From the human T2T-CHM13v2.0 reference genome, Homo sapiens, in assembly GCF_009914755.1 (NCBI RefSeq), contig NC_060928.1: 64,000 nucleotides of DNA. The stretch is one strand, 5' to 3'. The position numbers and the translations under genes are program-made. The notes under the pieces were generated by a model. The model was given only the letters and a program-made list of their open reading frames with translations, searched no databases and was not told the origin of the DNA. Position 1 is the stretch's first letter. Each line of letters starts with the position of its first letter. Of the stretch, positions 22,008 through 37,204 are shown in pieces.

Positions 22008-23142
22008 TTATTATCATTATCAAGTATTATGTACTGTACATAATAGTATATGCTATGCTTCATATGGCTGGCAGCATAGTAGGTTTGTTTACACCAGCAT
22101 CACCGCAAACATAGGAGTAATGCATTATGCTTTGACACTAAGAAGGCTATGAGGTCACTAGGTGATAGGAATTTTTCAGCTCCATTATAACCTTATTGGA
22201 CCGCTGTCATATATGCAATCCCTCATTGACAAAAATGTGGTATGCAGCACATGACTGTAGTTAAAAATTGAAAACACTCAATATCTAACAACAGGAGAAT
22301 GGTCCAGTAAATTTGAGTGTATCTGCTGTGTTTCATATAATGTAGCCATTGAAACTAATGCTAATAAAAAGTACAACATAACATGGGGAATTAGTACAGT
22401 GAAAAGAGAAAAAAGCAGGATACAAAATCATAAACACAGTATCTCAAGGATGCAAACACAATTGGAAAGAGAACAATAGTCATGACCAAACACTATCATG
22501 TATTAAGCACTTACTGAATGTCAGGCATGCACTGTACGTTCATTTTCTCATTTAATCCACAAGAACCCTATGAAGTAAATACAATGATTATTTCAATGCT
22601 ATTAATGAGAAGACAGACTCACAGAGATTAAGCATCATTCCCAAAATTTCATGGAACACTAACTCAGCTGTATCTGACACTCACTAGGCTATGCTGCCAG
22701 CCAACTTTTTCATGAGGTTTTTGAATGATCTTTGCAGAAACCACGTTCTATTTTTCTTTAGTTTCTAATTTTTCTAAAAGTAGCATGATTATCTTTCTAA
22801 TTAAAAACATAAACACAAAATAAGTCTTTTTTAAAAAAAGAAAGAACAAGTACCGCGCGCACACACACACACATACAAACACACGCACACAACATGTTTT
22901 GCTTTTTCCTAAGATGTTGTATCAGAGCAGCACCACAGAGCCTCAGAAAAGAGATGGTAGAAGTAAGCTGACAACTGAGTGGGATTAGAATTCTCACATT
23001 TCTTCATTCACCTTTCAACAAAGTCCCACTGGAAACACTATGGGTCAGTAGCACTTAACCTTTGGTGGGGTCATGATTCCCTTGAGAATTTGTGGAAAAT
23101 CATGGACCCTCTTCCCAGGACGATGCAAGAAGCATGTCATGG

Positions 23143-23145
<3 letters not shown>

Positions 23146-23183
<38 letters not shown>
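23146..23183. repeat. (AC)n microsatellite, about 19 units
   Basis: Perfect dinucleotide run. Confidence 0.95.
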
Positions 23184-23184
<1 letters not shown>

Positions 23185-24473
23185 TTTGCATACTATTTCA
23201 GAAGATTAAACAGATGCAATCACGCCTATCAATGTGTCCCAGGTAAAAGGCCCTGACATAAAATAATATAAGAAGTCAACTTTTGTCTGATTTACTGAAG
23301 CTTGACTAAAGCTCTGAAACTGCTGTCTACCTAATACATCATAGCTGGCAGGTTGTTCGCTATGATGCCTTACCATCAGCAGGGATGTGCTCTGAGGTAT
23401 TTCTTGGTGGAAAGATGGATTGCAGGAGATTTATCCACATTCTTGACTGATTCCTGATGGCCAACAGTGTCTGGGGATGGTCAGAGGGAAACTAATAGGC
23501 CTACATGAATATGAACTTAAGAGGAAAGTCATGAAAACAACTCAAGTGTAACTCCTAGGAGTGTATCCCTTTACGGTTTACAAAGCATTTTCATACCCTT
23601 GATCTCAATTGACCCCTCACAACCCTATGAAGAGAGAGCATTGGCTCTATTTTACATGTAACCCAGGTCTGCACTCCCAGCTTCATCTACAAGAGCTGAC
23701 TCTATTTTGGCCAACCCCCAAACTTGATGCAAATTCAACCCCTTCATTATTTTAATGAGAAATTAATTTGTTTAATTAAGCATATTGTAATTTTTCTAGA
23801 TTTTATTTAATATTCACGGAAGCCCATGGAAGGGTCATCTCACATGGAACACAGCTTTACAAAATCTCAATTAAACCCTTCTCAAGTAAGTCTCTCCTCC
23901 TGCCCCACTCACCAGATACCCTCTTCCCACTGCAATCCTGCATTACATAGAGTTGCTTCCTTCTTCTGTATGAGCAGGAGCCTTATTAAAGCATCTTATC
24001 AACAAGGCTGATGTTGTGGACATTTGTGGGTTTGTTGTTTCAATTTGTTTTTGTTTCTTTATCTTGTCACCCGGCATCCACTTCCCTTTCTTGTAGTAAC
24101 AACCCACACACCTCCCCCACTCCCAGTCCATGTGATTAGATGATGAAGAAGAGCTGATGTCACGATCATATGACTCAGGCCATGTCAATCACAACCTTAG
24201 ATTCCCCCGGCTACTGGGATCAGTTTGGGAACAGATGGGTGACTCCTGAGATGTAAGGAAGCCCCATGAAACTCTCACTGAGGCATCTGGGAGAGAAGAT
24301 TTGCTTCAACCAGATTTGAAGCTGAGAGTATATAAAATCTAGAGCCGTTGCCACCACTGTACAATAAATGGAGACTGAACTCAAAGCCACACACCAGAAG
24401 ATAGTTGAAAAATAATGTGAAACAAAGTGCTGATGACATAATTTGGGTCTGATCCAGCATGTCTCAAGCCAGC

Positions 24474-24936
24474 TGCAGTGAGCTGAATGGTGGCCACAAA
24501 GATAGGTCTACATCCTAATCCCTGGAACTTACAAATGTTACCTTAAATAGAAAAAGTGAATATTATACGGCAAAAGATGGGATTGAGTTGATGGTCTTGT
24601 GGGGAGGAGCTTATCCTGGATTATCCAAGCCCTAAATGCAATCCCATGCTTCCTTATAAGCCAGAGATTACACACAGACAGACAGAAAGGCAATGTGAAG
24701 ATGGAGACAGAGTTTGGGACACAGCCACAAACACTCCAATTTTGGTTCCAATGAACTCAAATGTTGAGCAGAAGCTAAACAGGCAAATTCCTTCAGAGCC
24801 TCCAGAGGGAGCACTACCCTGCCAGTACCTTGACTTCAGACATCTGGCCTCCAGAACTGTGACAGCACACATTGCTATTGTTTTAAGCCACCAAGGTTTT
24901 GGTAATTTGTTACAGCAGCCCTAGCAAGCTAGTGCA
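24474..24936 (+). mobile_element. MLT1-family MaLR solo LTR nested in an older MLT1 remnant (~24050-25030)
   Basis: CATCCTAATCCCTGGAAC, TTCTGGCCTCCAGAACTGTGA-like block, GGTAATTTGTTACAGCAGCC; TSD-like CCAGC/CCTGC. Confidence 0.8.
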
Positions 24937-25397
24937 CCTGCTGTGTCCCTGGACTTTTCATTTACTGAATTCCCCTTTTTTTGTAGGCCATTTTAAGTTG
25001 AGCTTTTTTTGGTTACTTGTTACAGAAAAACTTTTATTTTATTTTTAATTTATAAAAGAAAAGTTGAATAGCCTATAAAATATTAATCTCTGTGAAAGTA
25101 GTAAGACAAATGCATGAACATTACTTTAGAGCTTCTTTTCCATAGATGTTGACCTACTGGAACAAGAGCAAAACCTACATGAAATGAATGGTCGTAAGCT
25201 TCTCCCTAGGTTGGTGTCCAGTAATAATGCCTTTTAAGGCCATTGGAGACTTCTGTAAGACACATGCGTTTGTCACCACAAATGGCTCCACATCCACATT
25301 GTCTGTTTTTAGACGCCCCATTTGAATTAAGTCTGAATATGCCATGCATATAGCCCTAACAAATGTGTTTTTTTCCCCAAAGGTAGATATTAGAGAA

Positions 25398-25760
25398 TGA
25401 TATGGTTTGGCTGTGTCCCCAACCAAATCTCATCATAAATTGTAGCTCCCATAATTTTCACATGTTGTGGGAGGGACCCGGTGGGAGATAATTAAATCAT
25501 GAGGGTGGTTTCCCCCAAACTGTTCTCATGGCAGTGAATAAGTCTCATGAGATCTGATGGTTTTATAAGGGGTTTCCGTTTTCACTTGGATCTCATTTTC
25601 TCTCTTGCCTGCCACCATGTAAGATGTGCCTTTTGCCTTCCACCATGATTGTGAGGCCTCCCTAGCCACATGGACTGTGAATTCATTAAACTCCTTTTCC
25701 TTTATAAATTATCCAGTCTCATTTGTGTATTTATCAGCAGCATGAAAACGAACTAATACA
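25398..25760 (+). mobile_element. THE1-family MaLR solo LTR
   Basis: TGATATGGTTTGGCTGTGTCCCC...CTAATACA; 5-bp TSD GAGAA on both sides. Confidence 0.93.
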
Positions 25761-27120
25761 GAGAATGTGGAATTTGTTTTCATTGATTGTTAAAGTGCAA
25801 CAAGTTCTCCATCCATGTTTTTGCTGACTGCTGACAACACTTTAAGACTCCTCATGTGTGAAGTAAGAGTTTCACTGAGATAGTGCCTACATTTTCTATT
25901 CTGTTAAAAGACATCTATTATTTCCAGGGTAGTATTGCTTTTCAGTATGACAGCAAAATACACCATCCCATCATGAGTTATTTTATTGCAGCCAACGTCA
26001 AGGTAGTGTAGGCTACTGTTCAGATGCAGGGCATCACAGCTCCTAAGGCAGGGGATTTCAGAAAGCACTTTCTATATAATAGCAGGAAACCATCTGTTCT
26101 GAAGCAACCCATTTCAATCACTGCTTAATATTCAGAGTCAATTATATAAACTGTGGATTAGAAAAGGAAACAAGTAGTAGCCAACAAATAATTTTCATAA
26201 TAGAACAGAAATGATTCCAAACATTTAATTCAACATGTCTCTTAATCAACTGTGAAAAATTATGCAGCCTTGTGCATTTATCTTCACCATGATAAACAAT
26301 ATTCTTTTGCACTTATTGAAGAAAATCTTTCTCCAGGAATTTGGTGTGCAAAATGAACAGCCAATTGCCTCTCCCATTGGCTGCATTAGAGAGTGGGAAG
26401 CAAGAAGTTGTCTTTGTCTCCTCAGTTGGCACAACCTAGGAGCTTAGTAAATGCAGCCAAGACACTGGGCAGGCACAGGCTCGTGTTTAACTTGGAGCCA
26501 CTGCTTCCCTACATTCAATCTGGTCCGTGTTGCTAGACTTTTTCCCAGGCATCAGGGCACATCTATGTTTTTCAACACCAGCTGAGGAAGGGTCGCATAT
26601 TCTTTCCAGTTGGGATTCCTGGGCCTCATGCAAATAAGGGGTTATCCCCTGAGAGTGCTTTAAGACAATTGTAAAGTTCTCCTATCCCTCTAGGGAAGTT
26701 TAAGAGGCTTGTCTACTCCTAGGACATGTGGCACCTCTGGGTCTGAAGTCCAGTTCAGCCAAGATAGTTTCACAGATTATTGAGCTTTTCAAAGCTTGTG
26801 TGAGAATCGGAATGAGCAAAGCACAAACACACTCATAAACAACCTAATAGGGGAAATAAGAAAATTACCTTCCTGAATGTTTAAAAAATGGTTATAGCAG
26901 GCACTTGTAAAATCTAGATAAAAGGTAGATATGCTTGCACCTGAAACTGTGTTTTCCTCAAAACATCTATTTTCATCTTAACAATGGTTAAGATGAGACA
27001 ATGGTTGCCTGTACATGGAAGATAGCTTTCTACTTCTTTAACTTTTCAAGTTTTAAATAATGTACACTTAGTACTTTCATAATCACAAAACTTTTCTGTT
27101 TTGTTAAAATTCCACAGTGT

Positions 27121-27403
<283 letters not shown>

Positions 27404-27763
27404 TTAAACACAATTGGCATATCTGGCATAACATACAGTATGTATAAATAGGAAAACAAGGGGAGAGCTGGCATGTGATCATTTTACAGCATTTCTAAAC
27501 ATATCCTAATATTCTAGAGCTGGATCATGGATAGGCAAGCTATCAGAAGTTGCAAAATAGGAGCTGAGCCCTGGGGGAGAGGTGTGCACATGTGGAGCTC
27601 CAGACCTCCGCACTGTTCCAGGCATCTTCTCCAGCCCACACCCAGGGGTGCTGGGATAGAACAGATCTGGGGATGGACTCCCCACTGCTTGATAAGGACA
27701 TAAGAACTCCCTAATGAGGACATTTTTGCCTAAGAAGAAAAGCAGAATAAAGATGCAAATTAA

Positions 27764-28087
<324 letters not shown>

Positions 28088-28528
28088 ATGAAATGTTATT
28101 TTTCTTCATTCCATTAGATTGGCAAAATGTGTAATGTCGAAAAATATCAGATGTTGGGGAGGACTTGAGGAAATGAGTTTTCTTGACAGTGTTGGCAGGA
28201 GCATATGTTGGTATAGCCACTTTGGAGGGCAATTCGGACTATACTATTAATCTATAAACTATACACACATGCCCCTCAACCATGTCAAGTGCAGGGTTGA
28301 TTATTCTAAGAGTAATGCAAACCATATTTTTTAATCTGTACTGTCACAAAAGCACAAAAGTAAAGATCATGAAAATTATAATGTATACAACTGACAATTT
28401 GCTGAAATTAGAAAACCCCAACAGATCATGGTAACTCCCTTTTGAGAACAGAGGTTAAGTGGTGGATGGGAGCCAACCAACCAGTATTATAGCATCCACC
28501 TTAGAGAAACACCCACATATGTGTATAA

Positions 28529-28927
<399 letters not shown>

Positions 28928-29434
28928 TCACACTATGTGTCAGTAAAAGAATGAAGCAGATGTTTGTGTCCAGATGTGGGAATATCTCCAAATTATGTTA
29001 TTGAATAAATATTTTTCAACAAACTATAGAATGATAAGTACAATTGATACATATACAATTGATATATATATTTATCTAGATCTAGATAAATGTGTATAAA
29101 CTAATTTTTAAAGTTCTAAAAACATACATACTAAAATGACAGCAACCTCTGGGGAAGGGACTGAGAAAAAGGAGGTCAAAAGGGATGTTAACTTTACCTG
29201 TAATGTTCAATTTTAAAATTTACAATGAAAATGTATTCATGTATTTTTATGCAATTTATATGAACAACATTTTTAAAAGAAAGAAGCTCTTACAGAGAAA
29301 GTCACAAACCCATGTGGGATATGCTCACCAAGAAACTCCATGTATTCACAGGTTCACTTCTTTGGTGCTCTCCTCAGGATACTTGAAAAGCCATATTTAG
29401 CAAAGAGTTTCAACTTTTGCTCACCTGTCTGTTC

Positions 29435-30022
29435 TTAACTTTTATTTTAGTTTCAAGGATATATGTACAAGTTTGTTATATAGGTAAATTATGTCTTGTG
29501 GGTGTTTGGCATATAGATTATTTCATCACCCAGGTCATGAGCATGGTACCCAACAGGTAGTTTTTCAACCCTCTCCTTCCTCCCACTCTTCACTCTCAGG
29601 TAAGCTCCAGTGGCTCTTGTTCTCTTCTCTGTCTCCATGTGTACTCAATGTTTAGCTTCCACTTATAAGTGAGAACATGTGGTATTTGGTTTTCTGTTCC
29701 TGTGTTAGTTTGCTTAGGATAATGGCCTCCAGCTCCATCCATGTTGCTGCCAAGGTCATGATCTTGCTCTTTTTATGGCTGCATAGTATTCCATGATGTA
29801 TATGTGCCATAGTTTCTTTACCTAGCCTACCACTGATGGATATTAGATTGATTTCATGTCTTTGCTATCGTGAATAGTACTGCAATGAACATACATGTGC
29901 ATGTGTCTTTACAGTTGAACGATTTCTATTCCTTTGGGTATGCACCCCATAATGGGATTGCTGGGTCGAATAGTAATTCTGTTTTAAGTTTTTTGAGAAA
30001 TTGCCAAACTGCTTTCCACAGG
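29435..30022 (-). mobile_element. L1P 3' end fragment
   Basis: CCACTTATAAGTGAGAACATG, GGATAATGGCCTCCAGCTCCATCCATGTTGCTGC. Confidence 0.9.
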
Positions 30023-32592
30023 CTCGCCTGTGTTTTAATCCTTTTAAACTTCTCCTGCTTCTTTGGTGAAGAAAGCTTCATATCACGAGAAAGAGAAGCA
30101 GGGGGAAAGAGGAAGAGAGGGAGCAGGAGGGAAGAGGGCAAGGAGGAAGAGGAAGGAGAAGGGGAAGGTAAGGCAGGGAAAACCATACCTCTATATTCCC
30201 CATGAGAAAAAAGGGTCCTTATCTTAGAATCCTGGCCCTATTACTTAATAGCTGTGTGAACTTGAGTGAGTATCTTCATTTTTGGATTCTCAGTTTTCTC
30301 TCCTGTAAAGCAGAGAGTTCATAAGAAAGCCTAGGTAAGTTGTCTAGCGTGTGGCTTGGGTGGGGACTGCACTGTGTACTTTTCACAATATAGATATGTA
30401 GAGAGTAAGAGCTGAGGCCCTGAGAGCAAGGTGCTGGCTGGCTCTTCTACATTGGAATATGACTAATTCCGTCTGATGGAGGCTGACCAAGTCCTCCCAT
30501 CTGTTATTTAACAAAGAAAAGGAAACAAGATTTCATCAGTGAGCCAAACCTCAGATCTGCAGAAATCCATCGATGCAAGATGAATTAATTCTGTATGTTA
30601 TTATTATCATTAGACTTTATATTTATAGCACTCAACCATTTACAAAGCACTTTCCTTTCCATTACCTAATATGATTCTCACCACAACTTAAGGTTATCAA
30701 GGCAGATGATGTTTGCATTTCCATAGGAGGAAATTAAGGCTGAAAAGTTAAGGGGTTTTCCAGGGTCACTTAGGAGTTGAGCAGAGATTCAAACTCAGTT
30801 TCGTTCAGTACAAAGCCTATACTCCTTCCACTGCACCTCTGTGCCTTACCCTAACCATTGGTCCCTCAATGATATGAGCAAATCTGTGCAGGTGGAGTGG
30901 GTGTGGGACAGGCAGGAGAGTAGGTGAGGAGAGTAAAGGGCAATTGTCTCTCCTTCTCCTTCTCCTCCTCCTCCTTCTCTTTCTCCTTCCATAATCATTT
31001 CTTGATTCCCCCTCCCACTACCAGTTTAACACAGGAAACAGTCTGCTTTATAGTTACTCTATAGAAAGGACCGCAAATACCAACTTCCTTTATGGGAAAA
31101 TTCTCTCAACTCAACCTTTTATATAATCCAAAACCATTAGGCTTGAATCATCCTTCTCTGCTGCATTAAGATATCATTCATGTCAGGTCCTTGTCTGCCT
31201 TTTTCCCTGATAAAGTTGCCCCTCCATCTCCAGCTCTCTGCTCCTTTTACGAACATGAGAAACAGGGGCATTTTTATACTCTATATTGGTTTGGGGTCCT
31301 TCTGAGCCCTGAGGGAATATTCTGAGATCATGCTTTCCCTGTGAATCTATTGAAATCGATTTTCCTTCTTCCTACATGTGAGGTGAACTGTGATTTCTTG
31401 GCCTAGGTGGCTTTGTTCCTGGCCAAAAATAAAAGAGGAAATTTGATCAGGAAAAATCATTTGGGCTGGTTTTCAAGAACCTGGTGAAAAGTTTCAGAAT
31501 TTGCATGTTCTCAGATGGAGTCACACACAGACTAAGAAGAAAAAGGAGGAGGGAGAGAATGAAGAGGAGGAGGAGAGATAAAAAGAAGAAAAGAAACCAA
31601 AAAAAAGAAACACTTTTATATCAGGAAATGTTGACATTTTTAAAACAACATATTTTTTCCTGCCTGTGAACCTTAAGCTATGCTTCCAAATCAAGACCTA
31701 GAAAAGTCAGCCCAGAATCATGTTTTCGTAGTATCTCCTGCATCAATAATATATTAAAGTAATGTAAATCCTCTGTCTGAAATATGGGAAGGAAAGACAA
31801 AAAATTTTCATCCAGGTGACTTGGATAAGATCGGGAACCAAATACCACAATGTCTTTACAAGCCCCTTTCCACGATATTACTAAGAAAAGTGGCTTTCAC
31901 TGCCAAAGCAAAGAACTGAAGTAGTTTGCTGCATAATTTAGATTCACTTGGCCTAAATTCATCAAGGAATTGAGAATTTGGGGGCGTTGGAGGCAGTAGA
32001 CTTTCTTTGCCTGGGGAATAGTCTCACTTTTCACCTTCATTTGTCACTAGATATAAAATTCCTCTAAAAGCTCAAGTAAGCAGGCATACAAGTAGCTTAC
32101 TGATATTTCTGTATTATTATTGCTCTGTAAAATTAACATTTATTGAAGATTAACTATGTGCTACAGACTTCACATATATCATCTCATTTCATTCTCATGA
32201 AACATCCTCAGGAAAAAAAATATATCTCAACCATGATTTTCAGTTAAGGAAACTGGTATTCCAAGAGAGAATCAGTAAGCTGCCCAAGATGACAGAGCCA
32301 GTAGGTGGAAAAGAAAGGATGTGAATTCACCTCTATCTCATACACACACACACATACACACACTTACACACACACCATTTTGTTTGGATTCATCAAAAAG
32401 GGAGCACATGAAAAAACTGCTGGGAAATCTATGTGTGATAAAATATAGTGAGTTTGCTTTTACAATGATTACTGGGAGGAATTTATATTTGTAAAGTGAG
32501 TTGTCATGAAATCAGGTGATGAATTCGATCTATACATTCATGAAAGAGATTTCTTATTCATTCTGTTTTATACACTTAGAAAATGAGTTTAG

Positions 32593-32810
32593 TCAGGAGA
32601 TCAAGACCATCCTGGCTAACAGAGTGAAACCCCATCTCTACCAAAAATACAAAAAATTAGCTGGGTGTGGTGGCATGCATCTGTAATCCTAGCTACTCAG
32701 GAGGTTGAGGCAGGAGAATCCCTTGAACCAGCGAGGCGGAGGTTGCAGTGTGACAAGATCGGGCCACTGCACTCCAGCCTGGGTAACAGAGCAAGACTCC
32801 GTCTCGAAAC
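32593..32810 (+). mobile_element. 5'-truncated Alu with almost no tail
   Basis: 13-bp TSD AAAATGAGTTTAG (32580-32592 / 32811-32823). Confidence 0.92.
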
Positions 32811-33973
32811 AAAATGAGTTTAGGTGACTTGGCTTAGGGAGTCATTAGTTAAATGAGAACTATGACAAAAGGTACCTGAGCTTTTGGCTCTCTGGCCTTG
32901 TTTAAAGCATGTTATGGGTTATCATTATAAAAGACAACCCTCGCCCCATCATGGATATGTAGACTTGGATATTGTAGATTGTGGTTTTGGTGACTGTTTT
33001 GTTGACTGATTGTTAAATTTAGCTTAAGATAGAGGAAGAGAGCTTCCTCAATGCAGTGTAGTAGTTAAGAGAACAAACCTTGGGATCAAACAGACTGAAT
33101 ATGAATTCACATTCTACCTCTTAATGGTTATGTGCCCAGGACAAGTTATTTAATACCTAGAGCACCCATTTTCTCATTCGAAATGTGGGAATGAGAAAAG
33201 TATCTACCTCACTGGTTTACTGTGGAGGTGAGTTAACTCATGTAACCCACTTGTTCACAAAACCTAACATATTTTAGTTATCATTAGAGGCACACTCAGG
33301 CAAAAGAAATATCAGGCTTTTAAAAAATGCACAGTGGGCATACCTTCTTAAAACTAAGTGTGAGTATTAAAATCATTTTTCCAGAAAAAAGTAATCTCTC
33401 AGGTATAGTATCCCTGGTGTATTGGCGAAATTACAGTTGATGTTGAGGTTACTTTTTATATTCATCATTTCCCTTTCAGAAAACTCAACGCACAAGCCAC
33501 CAATACAAAGCACCAGTCATCCTGCGTTAGATAAAATTGAAGATGGAGAAATGTTTTCCTCCTTCTCATAAACAATCATGTCACAAATGTATTTAAATCT
33601 GACCTACACTAGTCAGCAATTTTACTGTTTCCACTGTGGCTCTATTAAATACCTGGTCACCATCCTATATCTAAAAATATTATATAATCAGAAATCAATC
33701 TCATACAGCTCCCTATCAAGAATGGATAACAATGACGTTAAGTATTCCTTCCATGATTTACTTTGGCATAATTAATAATAACTTTATTAGACATTAGTTA
33801 TTAGACAAGCTTACAGAGAATATAATATACTTACCGTCAGTAGATTCTAGACTCAAAAATTATTAAATAAATGAAGGAAGAAAGGAATAAATGAGTAAAT
33901 AAATAAATAATATAAGAATGGCAGAATTCTCCCCTATCCAAAAACATGTTTTCAGGGACAAAACAAAGAACAT

Positions 33974-33991
33974 TAGCGCCACCTCGAGGCA
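33974..33991 (-). promoter_or_regulatory. Candidate CTCF site
   Basis: Reverse strand CCTCGAGGTGGCGCTA versus consensus CCASYAGRKGGCRS; CpGs retained in CpG-poor unique DNA. Confidence 0.45.
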
Positions 33992-34069
33992 GAAGTCTAT
34001 TTGAAACGTAAGATAGACCTGAATCTTAGGAGAAGATTAGCACTAAAAGGAGTAGCAGAGATGGTCATT

Positions 34070-34385
34070 AGGGCCCTGTGTGGCTATAAATAGTAGCACA
34101 TAGGTGGCGACTGAGCACTTGAAATTTGGATAGTCCAAATTGAGATGTACCGTGAGTGTAAAATACACACCAGATTTTGAAGATGGAAAAAAGAATGTAA
34201 AACATCTCATTCCTAATTTTTATCTTGATGACAGAAAAATTATTTTTGATTATATAATGTTAAGTACAATATTTATTATTATAATTATTATTAATTTTAC
34301 CTAGTTATTTTTATCTTTTTAATGTGGCGGCTAGAAATTTAAAATTAAATCTGTAGCTCCGTTATCTTTCTATTGGACAATACTA
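34070..34385. mobile_element. MER33-like hAT-Charlie element
   Basis: GAGCACTTGAAAT...AATTGAGATGT..GTGTAAAATACACACCAGATTTTGAAGA...CTATTGGACA. Confidence 0.75.
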
Positions 34386-34393
34386 ATCTCACC

Positions 34394-34560
34394 CTTACTG
34401 CTCAGAATGTGGGCCAGGGACCAGCAGCATGGTTATTTATTACCTGGGAGCTTGTTAGAAATGCAGAATCCCTGGCCTTATCCCCAGCCTTCTGAATCAG
34501 TTTTGCATTTCAGCAAAATCCCCAGGTAACTAGTATGTATATTAAGTTTGAAACTTGCTG
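34394..34560. mobile_element. MER5A-like hAT-Charlie element
   Basis: GGACCAGCAGCAT...ACCTGGGAGCTTGTTAGAAATGCAGAAT...ATCCCCAGGT. Confidence 0.8.
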
Positions 34561-35934
34561 ATGTAATCCAATCCCCTTGTTTTACAAATGCGCAAACTAA
34601 GACCCGTGTTGGCGGCATGGCTCATTCTTGGTTATCTACCTGGTGACCCTAAAACCCCGGTGATCTTGAAACTACTAAATATCCACTTTATAATACATCC
34701 TCCTAAGGACCCATCTATTGCTTAGAGTAAAAATAAAGTAAGACTACTGCTTCATTGGCAAACAAAACACATTATTGTAAATATACAAGAAAATGTGATG
34801 TACTTAGGGATCCTTGTAACAGAATTGTAGGGTATTCAGTGTTTGTGTAAGTCAGTGACTACACTTAGAAAACCTCTGCTGTCTAAGCTATTACTACAAA
34901 TAACATACTTCGGCCATGAAAAAAGGCCAGAGTGCAGAATCAATAATGCACATTCCAATCACTGAGTCAGTAAAATCAATTTAAAGAAGACTGATTCCTT
35001 TATGCTAAGTAAGAAGGAATTATAGTTTTGTAACTGAGTTCCTTGTGGGAAAGTCTTATTCATTCTTCCAATGTCCAGCTCCCCACAATATATTTAGCAC
35101 ATACAAGATTTTGAATAACTATTTGTTGAATGAAAACATTCGTTTCTGTTTATTGGGTCTATACCTCAGGAAACATCCCCTTCTTTACATTGTCTAGTAA
35201 CAATGTAAAGAAACTAAGGAAAACACTTAAGTAGGAACCACAGCTAAAATTAGTAGTGATTTTATGCCAAAATCTCTTTGTAACTAAGCACATTGTTAAG
35301 AGAAAATTCAAATAGATGTTAGCTTTGGTTGTGAAAATAAAATCCATTGCATAGAAAGGTGAGGTTCCAATTAAAATAATATTGGCAGGTAACTCCAAGG
35401 AGCAAAAGTGGTTAAAATATTTTCACTCATCTTTGTAAAGATTGTTATAAGACAGATTAATCAAGCCTAATCAATTCCCAGTGTGCTGTGCATATGAATC
35501 AAATGTTCCTCTCACAAGAGAGCATTTTTTTGAATACCAAATGGAAAATGTAGATTTAACTTAGGAAATGAAGTTTTGTGTTATAGAAATTGAATATACT
35601 AAGTAGAATAGGAAGAACCTTAATGAAATGATTTTTTTATGATGTAAGTCATATAGGAAGGAAAGTTTAACTCCCACTCTCTTCCTTTCAATTGTCCCAT
35701 TTCCTCATGTTTTATCCATTACTCATGTCATGTTTTGTCATTAACCTAAATAAAATAATGGGACATCAATCCTACTTGTTATACATAATAATGAACAGAT
35801 TACTGTCACATATAATTATTGAAATGGTAATAATGGTAATAATAATAATAAATAGCAAACCCAAATATTAATTTATATATCATTAATTTGGCAATACCTT
35901 ACAGCATTTCCTCTATCACTGTCTTGAATGTATA

Positions 35935-36965
35935 TTGAATAATTCATTCATTGAATAATATATATTGAGAACTTATATGCCAGGCACTGACACAGTCACT
36001 AGAAATACAGCAGGGAATAAAATAGTCTTTCCCTCCTGGAGTCTGTGCATAAATGATGAAATGCACAGCATATCAGTATGTAGTAAGTGACATGGAGAAC
36101 ACTAAGGGGGAAATGCCAAGGAGGCAGAGGAGCTGTTTTACTCGGATTGGTCTTCCTTAAGGGGAATTTTGAGTAGGGACTTGAAAGAAGCAAGGGAGGA
36201 GGCCATGCAGATATATGGGGGTGAGCTGCTAATAGAACAGAAGGACAGAGGCCCCAAGGCAAGAGCATACCTAGCAGGTTGAGGAAAAACGTAGAGGGAG
36301 GACTGGAGTGGACACAGCCAGAGAGGTAGCAGGGCCCAGATCAGCCAGGCCCTTGCAGCCACTGTAAGGACTTTGGATTTTCCTCTAAAGTAAGAGAGAA
36401 AGCCACTAACTAGAGGGTTTAGCAGAGACGTCCATGATCTATCAATAACATCTTTGGAGGGAATCACTTAACTGCTGTGTTGGAAATAAATCTTAGGGGC
36501 CTCAGCAGAAGAGGGAGGTGAGTTAGAAGATTGTTATAATAATCCAGGCAGGAGAAGATGATGACTTGGACCAGGATGGTAGTAGTGAAGATAATGAGAT
36601 GGTATCAAATCCTAGATATATTTTGAAGGTCAAACTAGCAGGATTTGAAGATGGTTTGGATGTGGTATATAAGAAGACAAGAGGAAATGTCAAGCTTTTT
36701 GAGCAATTTGAAGAATAGAGATACCAGTTCCCAGGAAAATAGACATGAGTAGATTTGGGTGAGGGGAGGAGGAGAATGATCAGAGATTGCTTTTGGAGAT
36801 AAATTTAAAATGGCTTTTACTTATTCTTTTTTTTAATTGAATACATAAGATCAGGATTCAAGGGAGAAGTTGAGGATGGAGTCCTTGGTGTTATTTCAAT
36901 CCTGAGACTGGATGAGATCACCAAAGGAGTGTAGATGGAACCAAGCAGGTTTTTCACAACTGAGT
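35935..36965 (-). mobile_element. L2 fragment
   Basis: TTCATTCATT...TATGCCAGGCACTG 3' end; GTAAGGACTTTGGATTTT, GAGACTGGATGAGATCACC. Confidence 0.75.
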
Positions 36966-37204
36966 CTTGGAATATCCAACACCACAAGGAATTGGCTATT
37001 GTTTAACTGTTCAGATGCTTCGTGTTGCTGTTCCTCAATCAAAATGTCAGATCTTTGAGGCTACAGCCCATGCCCTTGTTGTATTCACTAGGCACTTTGC
37101 CCATGGTAGTTACTAAGTAAATATTTAGTGAATGAGTGAATAAATGGGTGTACCAGGCAATGCTTGAAGGGGTTACCAAGATGAAGGAAGAAAAAGTATG
37201 GGAA

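Noticed and set aside
30085-31610. Purine- and pyrimidine-rich tracts giving K/R/E-rich ORFs
   Set aside because: Low-complexity simple repeats with no exon evidence
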